A program made the translations under genes and the position numbers. A stretch of 64,000 nt of DNA from Macrostomum lignano (lineage: Eukaryota). Below the pieces are notes generated by a model. It did not search any database, was not told the DNA's origin, and saw nothing but the letters and a program-made list of their open reading frames with translations. The DNA lies in assembly GCA_002269645.1 (NCBI GenBank), contig NIVC01002283.1, positions 110,336 to 174,335 on the forward strand, written 5' to 3'. This document shows positions 1 through 22,774 of the stretch, piece by piece (position 1 is the first letter of the stretch; every line of letters begins with the position of its first letter).

Positions 1-112
1 GAGAGTTCTATTAAGCCTATTCAGCTATGGACTGTAATTAAACTTTTTGTACTTTTTTCATTAAAATACGAACTTTAAAATACTAAGTTTACTTTAATCT
101 TTGGTGTTTCAG

Positions 113-9696
<9,584 letters not shown>

Positions 9697-11619
9697 ACTA
9701 GCCGCGATTTTTACTACTGACTGGGGACTAGCAGCAGTAGTGTGATGCAAATGTTTTTAACGCTTTAATTGCTACTTATCTATTGCCTAAAGGCTCGTAG
9801 TAGTCCGATGCGGACTTTCTCGATATTTTGTTTTCTATTTATCCAGCTCTTGACTAGTTCCGTTGAAAACGTTACCGTGACAAAGAGTCACTGCAAACAG
9901 CTCCGGTGGAGTTGCAGAATCTTAAAAGAGTCACTAAAATGTCATCCAGGAGTCGTGTTGGCTCTTTACTTTCTACTGACTCAATCAAGTAAACTAATAG
10001 AGTTGTTATAAATGTGAAATGCGATTCTGATTCATAGTGACGCAGGTGCGCTTTAGACGCAACTCATTGATTCTACAGCGACTCTGGCAGGCCTCAGATG
10101 CGACTCAACGGCCCCGGAGTCGACAGTAAAAACCCACAAATTGACTCTTTTGGTGACTAGTATTGTGATGACATCTGGTCGTTTTAGAGTCGTCTAGAGT
10201 GACTTCTTTGCTATTTTACCTGACTCTGCAACCACTGGGCGCTTTTTGGCCTAGATAACGTTTTTATCGGGAATAGTCTGTTGCGAACATTATCTGACGC
10301 TTTGATTACTACTTATCCTGAGCTTAACTAGTAGCCTGACGCGAAAATGCTTTATTTTTGGCTATTTGACTGTAATTGCTTATTTTACTATTACCTAAGA
10401 AGAATTATTGTAAAAAAATATGGCTCCAAAATTAACAATTGGCTGGTTTTACGCGTTTTCAAAAGAACATTGGTCAGGATCAAAGCTCGTAAATCTTAAA
10501 AACCATTGATTAGAATCTTCTAAACAACTAATTTATAAATTCAGCTATGCAAAAATTAAGCAGACAAGCGATAAGTAGTATAGCTGGAGTTTTCCTGTCT
10601 AATATTTACTCCAAGCCACACAGATTCTAAAATAACTAGATGGGCCACTCAGGCATATATACTTAGTAAACCAGGTTTCTACTATCAGTTAAAGTAAAGT
10701 AAATGAGCTATTTTTTTAATAAAGGCAGCTGAATTGACTTTGATAAGTTTAGAAGCCCAAGCTCGCAGGCGTAAACAACTTTGCTAATTGGTTCAGCAAT
10801 AATGTACATTGGCCAGTCCACTGAAATGTACATGGCAGCTTTAGGCTGGAATTCCGAGAAAGGCAATAAAAATTTGGGCGGGGTGGAGGGGTAGAGTGGA
10901 AAGGCGCTGTTGGAGGGTTTAAGCTGGGGGGCCAATGAATGAGCCTTATCTTTAAAAATACGTTAAAATGCTTCTGTTTAACTTACTACTGAACTGAAAG
11001 TAGTTTACACGCAAATGTGCTGAGTGGCCTATCTAGTTATTCTAGTATCTGTGCTCCAAGCTCTATTTTTATGAAGTTTTTTGTTTCTCTATTATAATAT
11101 TAAATTCTACTTTCATATCATTCTAATTACAAGTATAAGTCTGGCTTTTTTATTACTATATTACTTATTTATTTCGTTTATGATTTTTTATTTTACAATC
11201 TCCTGTTACGGCTTGTCAATCATCTTTAATATCGATTGATTGATTTGTTTATTTTTTGTTTAACTATTTGTCTGTACTTTAAACTGCACTTTTAAAGTGA
11301 CCAGCTTCTTATTTTTGCAGTAAATTTTCTGTAATCTGTGAACGGGTCAATTTTGATCTACAATTCTATTCTGCGCCCCGAATAATCTCCCTACCCCAAT
11401 TTCATTATGGAGAGTTCAAAGTTCCGGTGTGTTGTTTGACGAGTTCCAAAGACTAATCTTCCACCTGTTGCGAAATATGAAATAAATTTAACCAAACACT
11501 TTTAAACCCTTGTTGCTTTTCCCACATTCTGTAATACGTTTTGTAAATGTTTTGTTTTTTGCAAACTTCACTGGCTTTTGTTTTTTCTTGTGTTTTTTAT
11601 CTCTGTTTGAATCAGGGCC

Positions 11620-13385
11620 TTAACTCTCCCCCACTCATCTGACCCCACTCCCCCACTCCCCTGTCCGCACTCTCCCCCACTCCCCTGTCCCCACTCTCCC
11701 ACACTCCCCTGTCCCCACTCTCCCACACTCCCCTGTCCCCACTCTCCCACACTCCCCTGTCCCCACTCTACCACACTCCCCTGTCCCCACTCTCCCACAC
11801 TCCCCTGTCCCCACTCTCCCACACTCCCCTGTCCGCACTCTCCCCCACTCCCCTGTCCCCACTCTCCCACACTCCCCTGTCCCCACTCTCCCACACTCCC
11901 CTGTCCCCACTCTCCCACACTCCCCTGTCCCCACTCCCACACTCCCCTGTCCCCACTCTCCCACACTCCACTGTCCGCACTCTCCCCCACTCCCCTGTCC
12001 CCACTCTCCCACACTCCCCTGTCCCCACTCTCCCACACTCCCCTGTCCCCACTCTCCCACACTCCCCTGTCCCCACTCCCACACTCCCCTGTCCCCACTC
12101 TCCCACACTCCACTGTCCCCACTCTCACACACTCCCCTGTCCCCACTCTCCCACACTCCCCTGTCCCCACTCTCCCACACTCCCCTGTCCCCACTCTCCC
12201 ACACTCCCCTGTCCCTACTCTCCCACACTCCCCTGTCCCCACTCTACCACACTCCCCTGTCCGCACTCTCCCACACTCCCCTGTCCCCACTCTCCCACAC
12301 TCCCCTGTCCCCACTCTCCCACACTCCCCTGTCCCCACTCCCACACTCCCCTGTCCCCACTCTCCCACACTCCACTGTCCCCACTCTCCCACACTCCCCT
12401 GTCCCCACTCTCCCACACTCCACTGTCCCCACTCTCCCACACTCCACTGTCCCCACTCTCCCACACTCCCCTGGCCCCACTCTCCCACACTCCCGTGTCC
12501 CCACTCTCCCACACTCCCCTGTCCCCACTCTCCCACACTCCCCTGTCCCCACTCCCACACTCCCCTGTCCCCACTCTCCCACACTCCCCTGTCCCCACTC
12601 TCCCACACTCCACTGTCCCCACTCTCCCACACTCCCCTGGCCCCACTCTCCCACACTCCCGTGTCCCCACTCTCCCACACTCCCCTGTCCCTACTCTCCC
12701 ACACTCCCCTGTCCCCACTCTCCCACACTCCCCTGTCCCCACTCTCCCACACTCCCCTGTTCCTACTCTCCCACACTCCCCTGTCCCCACTCTCCCACAC
12801 TCCCCTGTCCCCACTCTCCCACACTCCCCTGTCCCTACTCTCCCACACTCCCCTGTCCCCACTCTCCCACACTCCCCTGTCCCTACTCTCCCACACTCCC
12901 CTGTCCCCACTCTCCCACACTCCACTGTCCCCACTCTCCCACACTCCCCTGGCCCCACTCTCCCACACTCCCGTGTCCCCACTCTCCCACACTCCCCTGT
13001 CCCCACTCTCCCACACTCCCCTGTCCCTACTCTCCCACACTCCCCTGTCCCCACTCTCCCACACTCCCCTGTCCCCACTTTTCCACACTCCCCTGTCCCC
13101 ACTCTCCCACACTCCCCTGTCCCTACTCTCCCACACTCCCCTGTCCCCACTCTCCCACACTCCACTGTCCCCACTCTCCCACACTCCCCTGGCCCCACTC
13201 TCCCACACTCCCGTGTCCCCACTCTCCCACACTCCCCTGTCCCCACTCTCCCACACTCCCCTGTCCCTACTCTCCCACACTCCCCTGTCCCCACTCTCTC
13301 ACACTCCCCTGTCCCCACTCTCCCACACTCCCGTGTCCCCACTCTCCCACACTCCCCTGTCCCTACTCTCCCACAGTCCCCTGTC
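11620..13385. repeat. 24-bp C-rich minisatellite (ctcccacactcccctgtccccact), G-quadruplex-prone on the minus strand
   Basis: About 1.8 kb array; translates as a VWESGDRG 8-aa period. Confidence 0.97.
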
Positions 13386-13724
13386 AAACAAACGGATTGA
13401 AAATAGACAAAGAAAAGGCACCATCAGAACGAGTGTCTAGTAATGTGAACTACGCACGTATTTAGAGTTTGGGTTTGGGTTTCGTCGTTCTTAACCTTAT
13501 GGTTGGAATGTTTCGAAATGCTGCGCGCATTATATGTCAATTAGTTTACCTTAGTCTGTACTAATGCATCAAGGAAGGAATGTATAAACAAACTCTGATG
13601 TTCGAACTTTGGCATCATATAGGTAAATCACAAATGTTTATATTATACTAGCCATACAATGTGTCTGGTGTTTGTACAAGCACATGAATAAACTCGCAGA
13701 GGCATTGTCACGAGTTGTCAGCTC

Positions 13725-14156
13725 TCAGTAGTGAAATACCCCGAATGCCACCGCCACGCAGAACAGGCTGTCGTTCATGAAGATGTCCTGAACATAGTTG
13801 TCGCTGTCGCTGTCCCACAGACACCGGCAGGCCATCTTGACTCCCTGGCCCCTCTGCTCGCCAATGGCCACTTGGACAACGAATTTGTACCGCTCGAATC
13901 CGTTGGCCCTCAGCCGGGCCTTGATCTCGTCTGTGAGCTCCTTGCACAGTCCACTCGTGGCCTCCTTATCGTAGGCCTTGTCCGTTAGCCGCTCCACGAG
14001 CACTTCGTGAATGACTGGCTTGGCCAACAGCGGACGGAATTTGCTCTCGAAGTTGGGCCGAATCACGTAGGTGTTTGCAACCTCCTCGCCTTCCTTCTGC
14101 TGTTGCTGTTGCTGTTGCTGCTGAGGCTGCTCTGTGGCCACTGGCTCGTCCTGCAT
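13725..14156 (-). CDS. DYNLT2B: Tctex-type dynein light chain 2B (TCTEX1D2), intronless
   Basis: 143 aa with NTYVIRP, RYKFVVQVAIGEQRGQGVKMACRCLWDSDSDNY and FMNDSLFCVAVAFGVFHY, typical of TCTEX1D2. Confidence 0.9.
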   Translation of the reverse strand: MQDEPVATEQPQQQQQQQQQKEGEEVANTYVIRPNFESKFRPLLAKPVIHEVLVERLTDKAYDKEATSGLCKELTDEIKARLRANGFERYKFVVQVAIGEQRGQGVKMACRCLWDSDSDNYVQDIFMNDSLFCVAVAFGVFHY

Positions 14157-14682
14157 CTTGCCGAAGTCTCTTTAGCTGCGTGTTGAGTCTGTGATGTGGC
14201 AAGAGCTTCGCTTCTGTGGAATGCGAAACTTTTAGCAGCTATGCGCTCATTATATTATCGCCTGTCTCTAGCTTGCATTTCTACTCCTGCTCCGCTGCGC
14301 ACTCAAGCTTTTGGGCAGGGGCTGTACTGACACCGCGTACACTTGGCTTTTAGTTGTCATGGTTGCAGGTGGGGAGAGACTGGCGGAGCGAAGGATAGAT
14401 AGAGAAAGAGAGAGAAAAAACGGAGTAATGGAGTAAGAGACGCGAGGTACACTCAGAAGAATGTACGAGGGGAGAGAGACAGACTGCGTTGCTAAGGGCG
14501 CCCCAACCTCTGTCTCAAAGTTACTGTTCTCTGGGCCACAACGTTCAGTTCAGTTGGCTGAGCGGCTTTTAAATAAGCCGTTCTATTTGAACGTTTTCGG
14601 CTCAATCTAGCGAAGCTTTTATCATCTTGAGCCGAGTTCTGAACGCCGAAGTCAAGCCAGCAACAGCAGCTGAACAGTCCAG
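14157..14682. promoter_or_regulatory. Bidirectional promoter between DYNLT2B and ENO4 with RFX-like half-sites
   Basis: The two start codons diverge 526 bp apart. GTTGTCATGG at 14353 and GTTGCTAAGG at 14488 resemble X-box halves but are imperfect. Confidence 0.5.
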
Positions 14683-16939
14683 ATGGAGGACGCCAAAGTT
14701 CAAGCGATGCGCGCCCACCAGCTGCACCAGCTGAAGAAGGAGGCCATTGTCTATTATCAATCCAACGGTGTCCCGTTGAAAATGGAGGACGCGCTCAACC
14801 AGATGTTCCGCGACCGGCCCGACTGCGTGTTCGGCTACCTGTCTAATTACTTTGCGCAGCTCGCCCTGCCGCCGGTGCTGAGCGGTGTCCGCTGTCACAA
14901 GAGCTTCGACGCTCGCGGCTGGGAGACCCTGGCCGCCGAGGTGACCTGCCGGCACCGGAACGAAGACCGAGTCGCCGGTAGAAGTCGTGCCTCGCTCCAG
15001 GTGACCGTCGGCGAGCACGACAAGCCGGAGGAGCGCGAAAGGGAAGCTCAGGAGCTTCGCCACCACGTGGAGGCCGCGCTGACTCTGGTGAACGAAGGCC
15101 CGTTGAAGCAGTTCGCCGAGCAGGGATTCGATCCGAGAGATCAGCGCGTCATCGACGAGTTCCTGCTGATGCAGCTGCAGGCCGAGGAGGACCGCGTCAA
15201 GGCGGAGCTGCAGCGCGAGCTGGATGAAGCCGGCGCGGCCTCCGGAGCGGAGGGTTCGGGCGCTGACGAGAATGCGTCGCCGCAGCATCAGCCGGCGGCT
15301 GCGGCTGGCGGCAAAGCCGGTGGCAGCGCGAAGAAACGCGGAGGCGGCAAAGGGGGCAAAGAGGTTCGGATGGGATGCCGGTTTGGGGATATTTTTCGCT
15401 GGGACATTTTCAGCTGTGTATTCTGAAGAGCAGCGGTAGGGTAGCTGCAGGTAGCGGAAGCTCTCAGTGGTAGTGTAGGGTAGCGGAAGCTTGAGTAGGT
15501 AGAGTAGGTAGCGAAAGCTTTGAGTAGGTAGAGTAGGTAGCGGAAGCTTTGAGTAAGTAGGATAGGTAGCGGAAGCTTGAGTAGGCAGGGTAGGTGGCGA
15601 AAGCCCTCAGTAGGTAAAGTAGGAAGCGGAAGTCCAACCTACATGTAAACTCGATCGTCATCCCATACTCGTACGCTCGTACCAGATAGTCACCGTGCCT
15701 GACGAGCCCCGCGAAGGCCTCTTCCCGGGCTGCCTGGCGCTCAGTTGCCTCTCCGCAGCCTGCGCCGCCGCTGGCGCCAGCGCTGCCGGAGTGCCGCTCT
15801 ACCGGCACCTTCGCCAGCAGCTGCTTGCTGACGAATCCGACAAAGACTGCGCGGACAAAGACTGGCGCCTGCCGCTGCCGATGCTGACCATCCTGAGCGG
15901 CGGCAAGGCCAGCCCCGGCAAGAGCAACTGCGTCAAGGAGTACATGATCGTGCCCAGACCGGGACTGCCCTTCGACCGGGTGCTTCGCGACTCGGTCGCC
16001 GTCTACCAGCAGGTGGCCAAGACGCTGAGCGTCAAAGGCGGCCCGGCGGCTCGGTTCACCAACGATGCTGGCGCGTTGAACACCGTCATTGACCGGCCGG
16101 AAGCCGGGTTCGACCTCATCAATGACGCGCTGAAGGCGCTGGAACTGACGGACTCGTTCGATCTGGCAGCGAACATCGCCGGGCACGAGCTGTTCGACTA
16201 CGAGAAGGGAAAATATGACCTGGCTCAGGGCGCGCAGAAGTCGCCGGACGAGACTGCCGACTTTCTGGACGACCTCAGCGCTAAGCAGGCCTCGCTGGTG
16301 GCGCTGATCGATCCGTTGAGACGCGTCGAGCGCGACGCCTGGCTCCGGCTGTGCCAGAAGGCCTCGCAACGGTGTCTCATCGTTGGTGACGCGACTCAGC
16401 ATCGGCCGGGAAGGCTGCTAGCTGAGCTGCAGCAGATGGAGGCGGAGGAGGCTGAGACTGAGCAGCCGCCGGCTGAGGAAGGCACTCAGCAGCAGCAGCA
16501 GCAGCAGCAGCCGCTTCTGACCTCTGCCTGGGTCGCTCGGCTGCAGCAGAGGAACACCGTCACGGAGCTGTTCGACTGCGCCAAGCGGATGCGCAGCTCC
16601 GGCCAGGTTGTCGTGGTCGCCGTCGGACCGAGCGACAATGGCGACACGACAATTGTCGACCTGGCGGCTGCCATGGGCGCCAGGTACCTGAAGCTGGGCG
16701 CGCCGGTTCGAGCCGAGCGCATCGACAAGCTGCAGCGGCTGGCGGAGATCGGCGAGGAGCTGCGGGCTGCTGACCTGCTGAGCCAGTGGGAGCAGCTCAG
16801 CCCGCCTCTGGTCCGGCCGCGCGGCTCCGAGACGCCCGAAGGTGAGCAGCAGCCGCCGCAGCAGCAGCAGCCAGCCTCCGAGCATCAACCTTCGACTACC
16901 AAGAGTCGCAAGGGCTCATCGACTGCGTCCAAAGCTTAA
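14683..16939 (+). CDS. ENO4: Enolase 4 (flagellar/ciliary enolase-like protein)
   Basis: Exons 14683-15363 and 15686-16939 with a phase-0 GT-AG intron. N-terminal YYQSNGVPLKMEDALNQMF...VFGYLSNYF, then DARGWETL, LPLPMLTILSGGK and IKLGAP-like LKLGAPVRAERIDK, the divergent enolase pattern of ENO4. Confidence 0.88.
15435..15635. repeat. Degenerate tandem repeat (gtaggtagcggaagcttgagta) in the ENO4 intron
   Basis: About 6 imperfect units visible. Confidence 0.8.
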
Positions 16940-17049
16940 AGTACAATACGTCGTACTTACAGTATGCACATGTAGTGAACGATGGCTGGAAAACTGACAA
17001 TATAAATAATTAAAGAATTCTTGTTTCCGAACTGTGTATTAGAGACATG

Positions 17050-17340
17050 AGACTGTGTGCACTTTAAGCGACATTGTCACACAAACCGGCGAGAGGCATT
17101 ACTGAGCATTCCGCCGACTCCCCTGAGCAGGCACACAAGCGCAAGGATACGTACGCAGTCACACGCACAGGCACACACTCACGCAGGAGTGTACAGCGGC
17201 CCTAACTTTATTTATCGTTAGGCATGTACACCTCACTGTGCCCGGGGGTTGGGGGTTGGGGGGCTGGCCCTCAAAGGCGTTAATTGCACGAAGTTAAATT
17301 TCCAATTTAGCCCCATATTAATGAGACGAAATGTGTAAAA
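17050..17340 (-). mobile_element. tRNA-derived SINE family copy 2 (head truncated)
   Basis: ggccctaactttatttatcgttaggcatgtacac and tttaagcgacattg are nearly identical to the 34.0 kb copy. Confidence 0.65.
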
Positions 17341-18064
17341 CATCTTTAAAACCCTCGCGTAAGCACAATTTTTTTCAGTCTCGCTAAAAAATAGTGCCTA
17401 TGCTCTTCAAGTCTACTGAACTTTGACTCGGCTCAGTAGCAGCGCTGACCTGTTGTCTTTTCCTTCCACTTTGTTTCTCAAAATGATCATTTTTTCATTT
17501 TTTCGTGCTACTCGTAGCTTTTTTATTAATAATAAACCAGGCCAGACTGTGATGCTAATTAATATTGTCTTGCACCCGAACAAGACTAAAAAAATACAGA
17601 AGCCTAACGTAAACTAGCGTAACTCTAGCCAAAGTTGGTAACTTGCGCAGTTGGAAAACTGATCGTCTTGGATGTACACCCAGGCTACGTACATTCTACC
17701 CCCGTCCGTATTCGGTTCATTGGTCGAAGTGGGGCGAAGATGGTGGAAAAACTTTACTGATAGGAGCTTCTGGTGGTCCGCGTTTCCTTCAACTTCTGTC
17801 TACGAAAACACCTACGCTTCCTCGACTAGGATGCCAATATTGGGGTGAAACTCCTCTGGGCGGATTAGTCACACTGAGGACGTAGCTATGAGTGCAAGTA
17901 AAAGCGAAATGCCATTCATTGCGATGCGCCACTGGAAACATTCTCTATGTACAGTGCCGCGGCTCCCAAGATCGTAAAAACGGTTCTATTCCAACCCTTC
18001 ATCGTGGCTGGGCTTAAGGAGTTCTAAAGCCAGATTCTGGATTGGCGCAACTTTTTTTGTCAAA

Positions 18065-18365
18065 CAAATGCATTATTTTAGCGGCCTCTGACTCTCATTT
18101 TAGCGGCCACTGACTGTCACTTTAGCGGCCTCTGACTGTCACTTTAGCGGCCTCTGACTCTCACTTTAGCGGCCTCTGCTCTCACTTAGCGGCCTCTGAC
18201 TTTCACTTTAGCGGCCTCTGACTGTCACTTTAGCGGCCTCTGACTCGCATTTTAGCGGCATCTGACCCTCATTTTAGCAAACCTCTGACTCTCACTTTAA
18301 TGGCTCCTGACTGTCAGTTTAGCGGCCTCTCACTGTCACTTTAGTGGCTCCTGACTCTCACTTTA
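18065..18365. repeat. ~21-22 bp minisatellite (tttagcggcctctgactctcac)
   Basis: About 13 imperfect units. Confidence 0.9.
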
Positions 18366-18769
18366 ACAAACTAATGCTCTACGACTAAATTAGAAACTTT
18401 ATGTATAGCAAAATATTCGAGAATTTAGCAAGCTTAACAAACGCAATTGCATTCCAAACTCCAGCTTCTATAATTTAGTACTCCTTCTGCCCCCTACGTC
18501 CCACGTCGCGCGCATCCGTCAGTACAGGGACAACCCCCCTCTCCATGGTCGATTGCGGGAAGGAAGGGAAAGGCTGCACAAGGCCAGGGTTCTGGGAAAG
18601 AAGTAAGAGGAGAGGGAGAGAGAGGAGCGCCAACTAATTTCTCTTTCCCAGAGTCAACCCCTTCCTCTCTGGGTCATGGTAGCTCGTATAAGCACCCACT
18701 GCCGCTGCTATAACAAACGAAGAAACGCAGACCAAAGCTAGAGAAACAGTTATTAAACTTATCGCCATT

Positions 18770-21683
18770 ATGGATTCCACTAGTAAACTGTTGCTGCTAA
18801 GCTTAGCGCTAGCCTCCACTCTGACAATCTTCAATCCGGGATGCTCGGCTCAAGGTCAAAAAGCCGACGCGCCGCTCTATCCCGTGCTGTGCGACCCGGC
18901 ACGCGAGGGCTGCATCAAGTCTCCGTTGAATTGTCGCAGCGTCTATCGCGGCGTCGGCTCTTCAACTATCGACGAGCAGCAGTGCAATTACGTGGCCGCT
19001 TGGCGCTACGTCGGCGGCGACCTCGAGGTAGAAATCAGCGGCCAAATTGGACTGAACGGCGGCTTCGTTGCTCTCGGACTCTCGCCCGATAAGAAGGCCA
19101 GCAGCGGCCTGGCTTTGGCCTGCTTCAAATCCTCCAAGAGTTCCAACGTTGCGGTTCAGCTGGCCGCTTACCGATCTGGCGACCTGACTGAGCTTCTCGC
19201 GCTGCCCAGCGTCCTGACCGAGGCGGACAGCGTGCCGCACTTTGAGCCTGATCAACCGCAGGTGGGCGGCTTCTACTACGCCCTGCCCAAGCTGGGCTAC
19301 TCAGTTATCGAGTGCCGGGCTCGGCTGCGACTGTCGGCGTCGTCTGATGCCCGGTTGAACTTTCTGAAACGGCCGAGGGATCCTTCGGTTTGTTTATTTG
19401 TTTTGTTTTTTGTGACAGTCAATGGTATTTGCCGGTCAATTTTGTCCACATTTTCCTGCTAAATGTGTTGTTCTTTGGTCCTTATTTCCCTGTTTCTGTT
19501 TTCATATTTTTGTCCCTATCCCTGCTACCTGGTAACGGTCCCTGTTGCCTGTCCTCTCCCCTATTCTCCGTCCCTGCTGCCTGTTCTGTCACATGTTCTC
19601 TATCCCTGCTCCCTGTTCCCCGTCCCTGATGCCTGTCCTGTCACATGTTCTCTATCCCTGCTCCCTGTTCCCCGTCCCTGATGCCTGTCCTGTCACATGT
19701 TCTCTATCCCTGCTCCCTGTTCCCCGTCCCTGTCTCCTGTCCTGTCACATGTTCTCTATCCCTGCTCCCTGTTCCCCGTCCCTGTCTCCTGTCCTGTCAC
19801 ATGTTCCCTATCCCTGCTCCCTGTTCCCTTGTCCCAGTTTCAATTGCTTGTCTCCTGTTTGTTATCCTGCTCACTTGCTCCCTGAACCTTGTCTCTGTTT
19901 TATCTACCTGTTTTTTTGTTCCCTGTCTTTATTCGATTACTATAAAAGCCACCTCTAATCGTGCTCAAGGTGTACATGACGGCATCGCTGGGCACGGAGC
20001 CGCCTTCCCCCTCTGGCGAGGGTCTGGACAAGCCGACGTGGACCTACACCACCCCGGCCAGGAAGCTTTCGGTCGTTGGCGTCCGAGCCAGTCAGCCAAG
20101 AAGCGGATTGGCCAAAGCGCACGGCTGTTTCATGATCCTGGCCTGGGTCCTGTGCGCCTCTATCGGCACTTTGATAGCCAGGTACTTGGCGTGCGACTGA
20201 CAGTAGAGCTTCATTGTTTTAAGTAGTGTTTTGCATTATTATGCCTCAGCAGTGGAAGGTCCTATGTCCTTGACCCAAGCCCTACATCCTTGACCCAAGT
20301 CCTACATCCTTGACCCAAGTCCTATAACCTTGACCCAAGTCCTACATCCTTGACCCAAGTCCTACATCCTTGACCCAAGTCCTACATCCTTGACCCAAGT
20401 CCTACATCCTTGACCCAAGTCCTACATCCTTGACCCAAGTCCTACATCCTTGACCTAAGTCTTACACCCTTGATCCAAGTCCTACATCCTTGACCCAAGT
20501 CCTACATCCTTGACCCAAGTCTTACACCCTTGATCCAAGTCCTACATCCTTGACCCAAGTCCTAAATCCTTGACCAAAGTCCTACATCCTTGATCCAAGT
20601 CCTAAATCCTTGACCCAAGTCCTAAATCCTTGACCCAAGTCCTACATCCTGGATCCCTAGACCCAATGCCTACTTCATTAATTTTAAGTCCTACGTTTTC
20701 GATGCAAGTCATAAGCTTTTGTGCAAGTCATAAGCTTTTGATCCAAGAACTACGTCCTTGACCTAAGTCCTACGTCCTTGATACATGTCCTACCTCCTTG
20801 ATACAATTCCTACGTCCTTGATACAATTCCTACGTCCTTGATACATGTCCTACATCCTTGATACAAGTCCTACGTCCTTGATCCCGATGGTTTTTTAATG
20901 CTATAAATAAAACTGCCAATATAAGTGCCCGATTTACAAACTTTTTCAATTGGTTTTATTATCTATTGATTAAAACTGTCCTAATGTTGAATTCCCCCTC
21001 CAACCCGAACCCGCAGGTACTACAAGCTGCAGTGGCCTGGCCGGCTGCTCGGTCGCGAGGCCTTCTGGTTCCAGCTTCACCGCATTCTCATGGGCTTCAC
21101 CTGCTGCCTGACGCTGCTCAGCTTCATTTTAATCTTCATCGATCTGCGCGGCTACAGCGGATTAGACAGTTTCCCTGAGCTGCTGCATCCGATCCTCGGC
21201 ATCATTGTCACGATTCTGACCTTCATGAACCCGCTGATCGCTCTGTGCCGCTGCGACCCGAGCCACGAGAACCGGCCCTGCTTCAACTGGATCCACTGGC
21301 TAGTGGGCACCATCGCCTACGTGCTCGCCGTGCTGAATCTCTTCCTTGGCCTCCGACTCGAACGTGCTGGCGATCTCAGCAGCATCAATTATCACATCTG
21401 GCTGCTCATCTTCTTTGTGCTCTTCCAGTTTATTGTCGAAATCATACTGGAAATCCACACCCTGTACCATTGGAAGCGAAACAAGAAGTTGTGGCAGGCC
21501 TACAGACTCGAGCTGGAAGAGTACAATGCCGCTAAGACCAACCCGGTGTCGCTGCAGCCTCGGTCTCGACCGCTCGAGCCGCTGCCACGAGGGCGATGCC
21601 TTAGGGTGTTCCTGATGTCGCTGCATGGTGTTGTAGCCGCAGCCGTGGCCTGCATCCTCTGCATTGTGGTGCTGGCCTACTGA
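18770..21683 (+). CDS. DOMON plus cytochrome b561 ferric-chelate reductase (FRRS1/SDR2-like, no reeler domain)
   Basis: Exons 18770-19387, 19970-20181 and 21017-21683 with consistent phases. Signal peptide, CIKSPLNC motif and DOMON, then b561 with four His (AKAHG, FQLHR, LLHPILG, NWIHW). Confidence 0.88.
19570..19830. repeat. 52-bp tandem repeat in FRRS1-like intron 1
   Basis: tgtcacatgttctctatccctgctccctgttccccgtccc... repeated about 5 times at 52-bp spacing. Confidence 0.9.
20268..20880. repeat. 20-bp minisatellite (ccttgacccaagtcctacat), degenerate at the 3' end
   Basis: Period 20 visible over 20268-20650, with diverged units continuing to 20880. Confidence 0.93.
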
Positions 21684-21719
21684 CGGGCGACCTCGGACGT
21701 TCTGACAAGTGATTGAGCC

Positions 21720-22040
21720 TGAGGAGTCTGATAGGGAACCTGAGGTGGAGTCTGACAGGTAGCCTGAGGTGGAGTCTGACAGGTAGCCTGAGGTGAAGTC
21801 TGACAGGTAGCCTGAGGTGGAGTCTGACAGGTAGCCTGAGGTGGAGTCTGACAGGTAGCCTGAGGTGGAGTCTGACAGGTAGCCTGAGGTGGAGTCTGAC
21901 AGGTAGCCTGAGGTGGAGTCTGACAGGTAGCCTGAGGTGGAGTCTGACAGGGAACCTGAGGTGGAGTCTGACAGGGAACCTGAGGTGGAGTCTGACAGGT
22001 AGCCTGAGGTGGAGTATGACAGGAAGCTTGAGGTGGGGTC
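21720..22040. repeat. 24-bp minisatellite (cctgaggtggagtctgacaggtag) just after the FRRS1-like stop codon
   Basis: About 13 units. Confidence 0.95.
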
Positions 22041-22774
22041 TGAAAGTTTGCTTAATCTATTGTAAAAATGAAATTCATTAAAATACCTAGCTAATTAATT
22101 AATTACCTTTTCCGACCATTTACAAGCAAACTACAAGTTAAAATGTTTTAAATTTTCATTGCAACGGAACCAAAAATGTATTAAAGTACATCTGGAATAT
22201 TTTTAACAAAATCACTGTAAATTGACAGGCTTCTGGTTTCTAAAAATGGACTTTACAAGCGTACTTTTCGTTTTTAATTAATGAAATTATTTTATCGAAA
22301 AATTTTCATATCAAACTTATTTTCTAATCGAAAGGACAAAAACTTTTTTAGATACTGCGTTGAATTGCTTCAACTAATTGTTTTTTTGTATTTGCTTTTT
22401 TGCTTTTATTTAGAATGTTTTCGCTTCTCGAATGCCTTACGGAAAGCTTTGCTATGTTAGCAGTTTTATACATGATATTTATTTCTTTTATATATCGAAC
22501 TGTACTGATTCGGGCTTGAGTAGCCATTGAGAACCAACTGGAATGAGAACAGCGATAGAATTTTGGTACTCATTATCCAGTCCAGTTTTAAACTGTGCTT
22601 CTATGCGCTAAAACAAAATATATAAACACTTGAACACTTAAGGCAAATATTATTTCGCTCCGTTAAAAAAATACATTGGACGATGTTTAAGCTTCTCTCT
22701 AAGAGAATCACATCCAGTTACACCAGAGAGTCTCAACCTACAAGCGTAGATTCCAAACGGAGATTCTCATATTA

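Noticed and set aside
9790-10240. Scattered gactc/gagtc inverted motifs after the RNF213-like stop
   Set aside because: Too degenerate to define arms, TIRs or a TSD.
11568-13440. Long ORFs of 259-570 aa (VWESGDRG / SPLSHTP repeats)
   Set aside because: They are translations of the stop-free 24-bp array in several frames on both strands, with no unique coding flanks.
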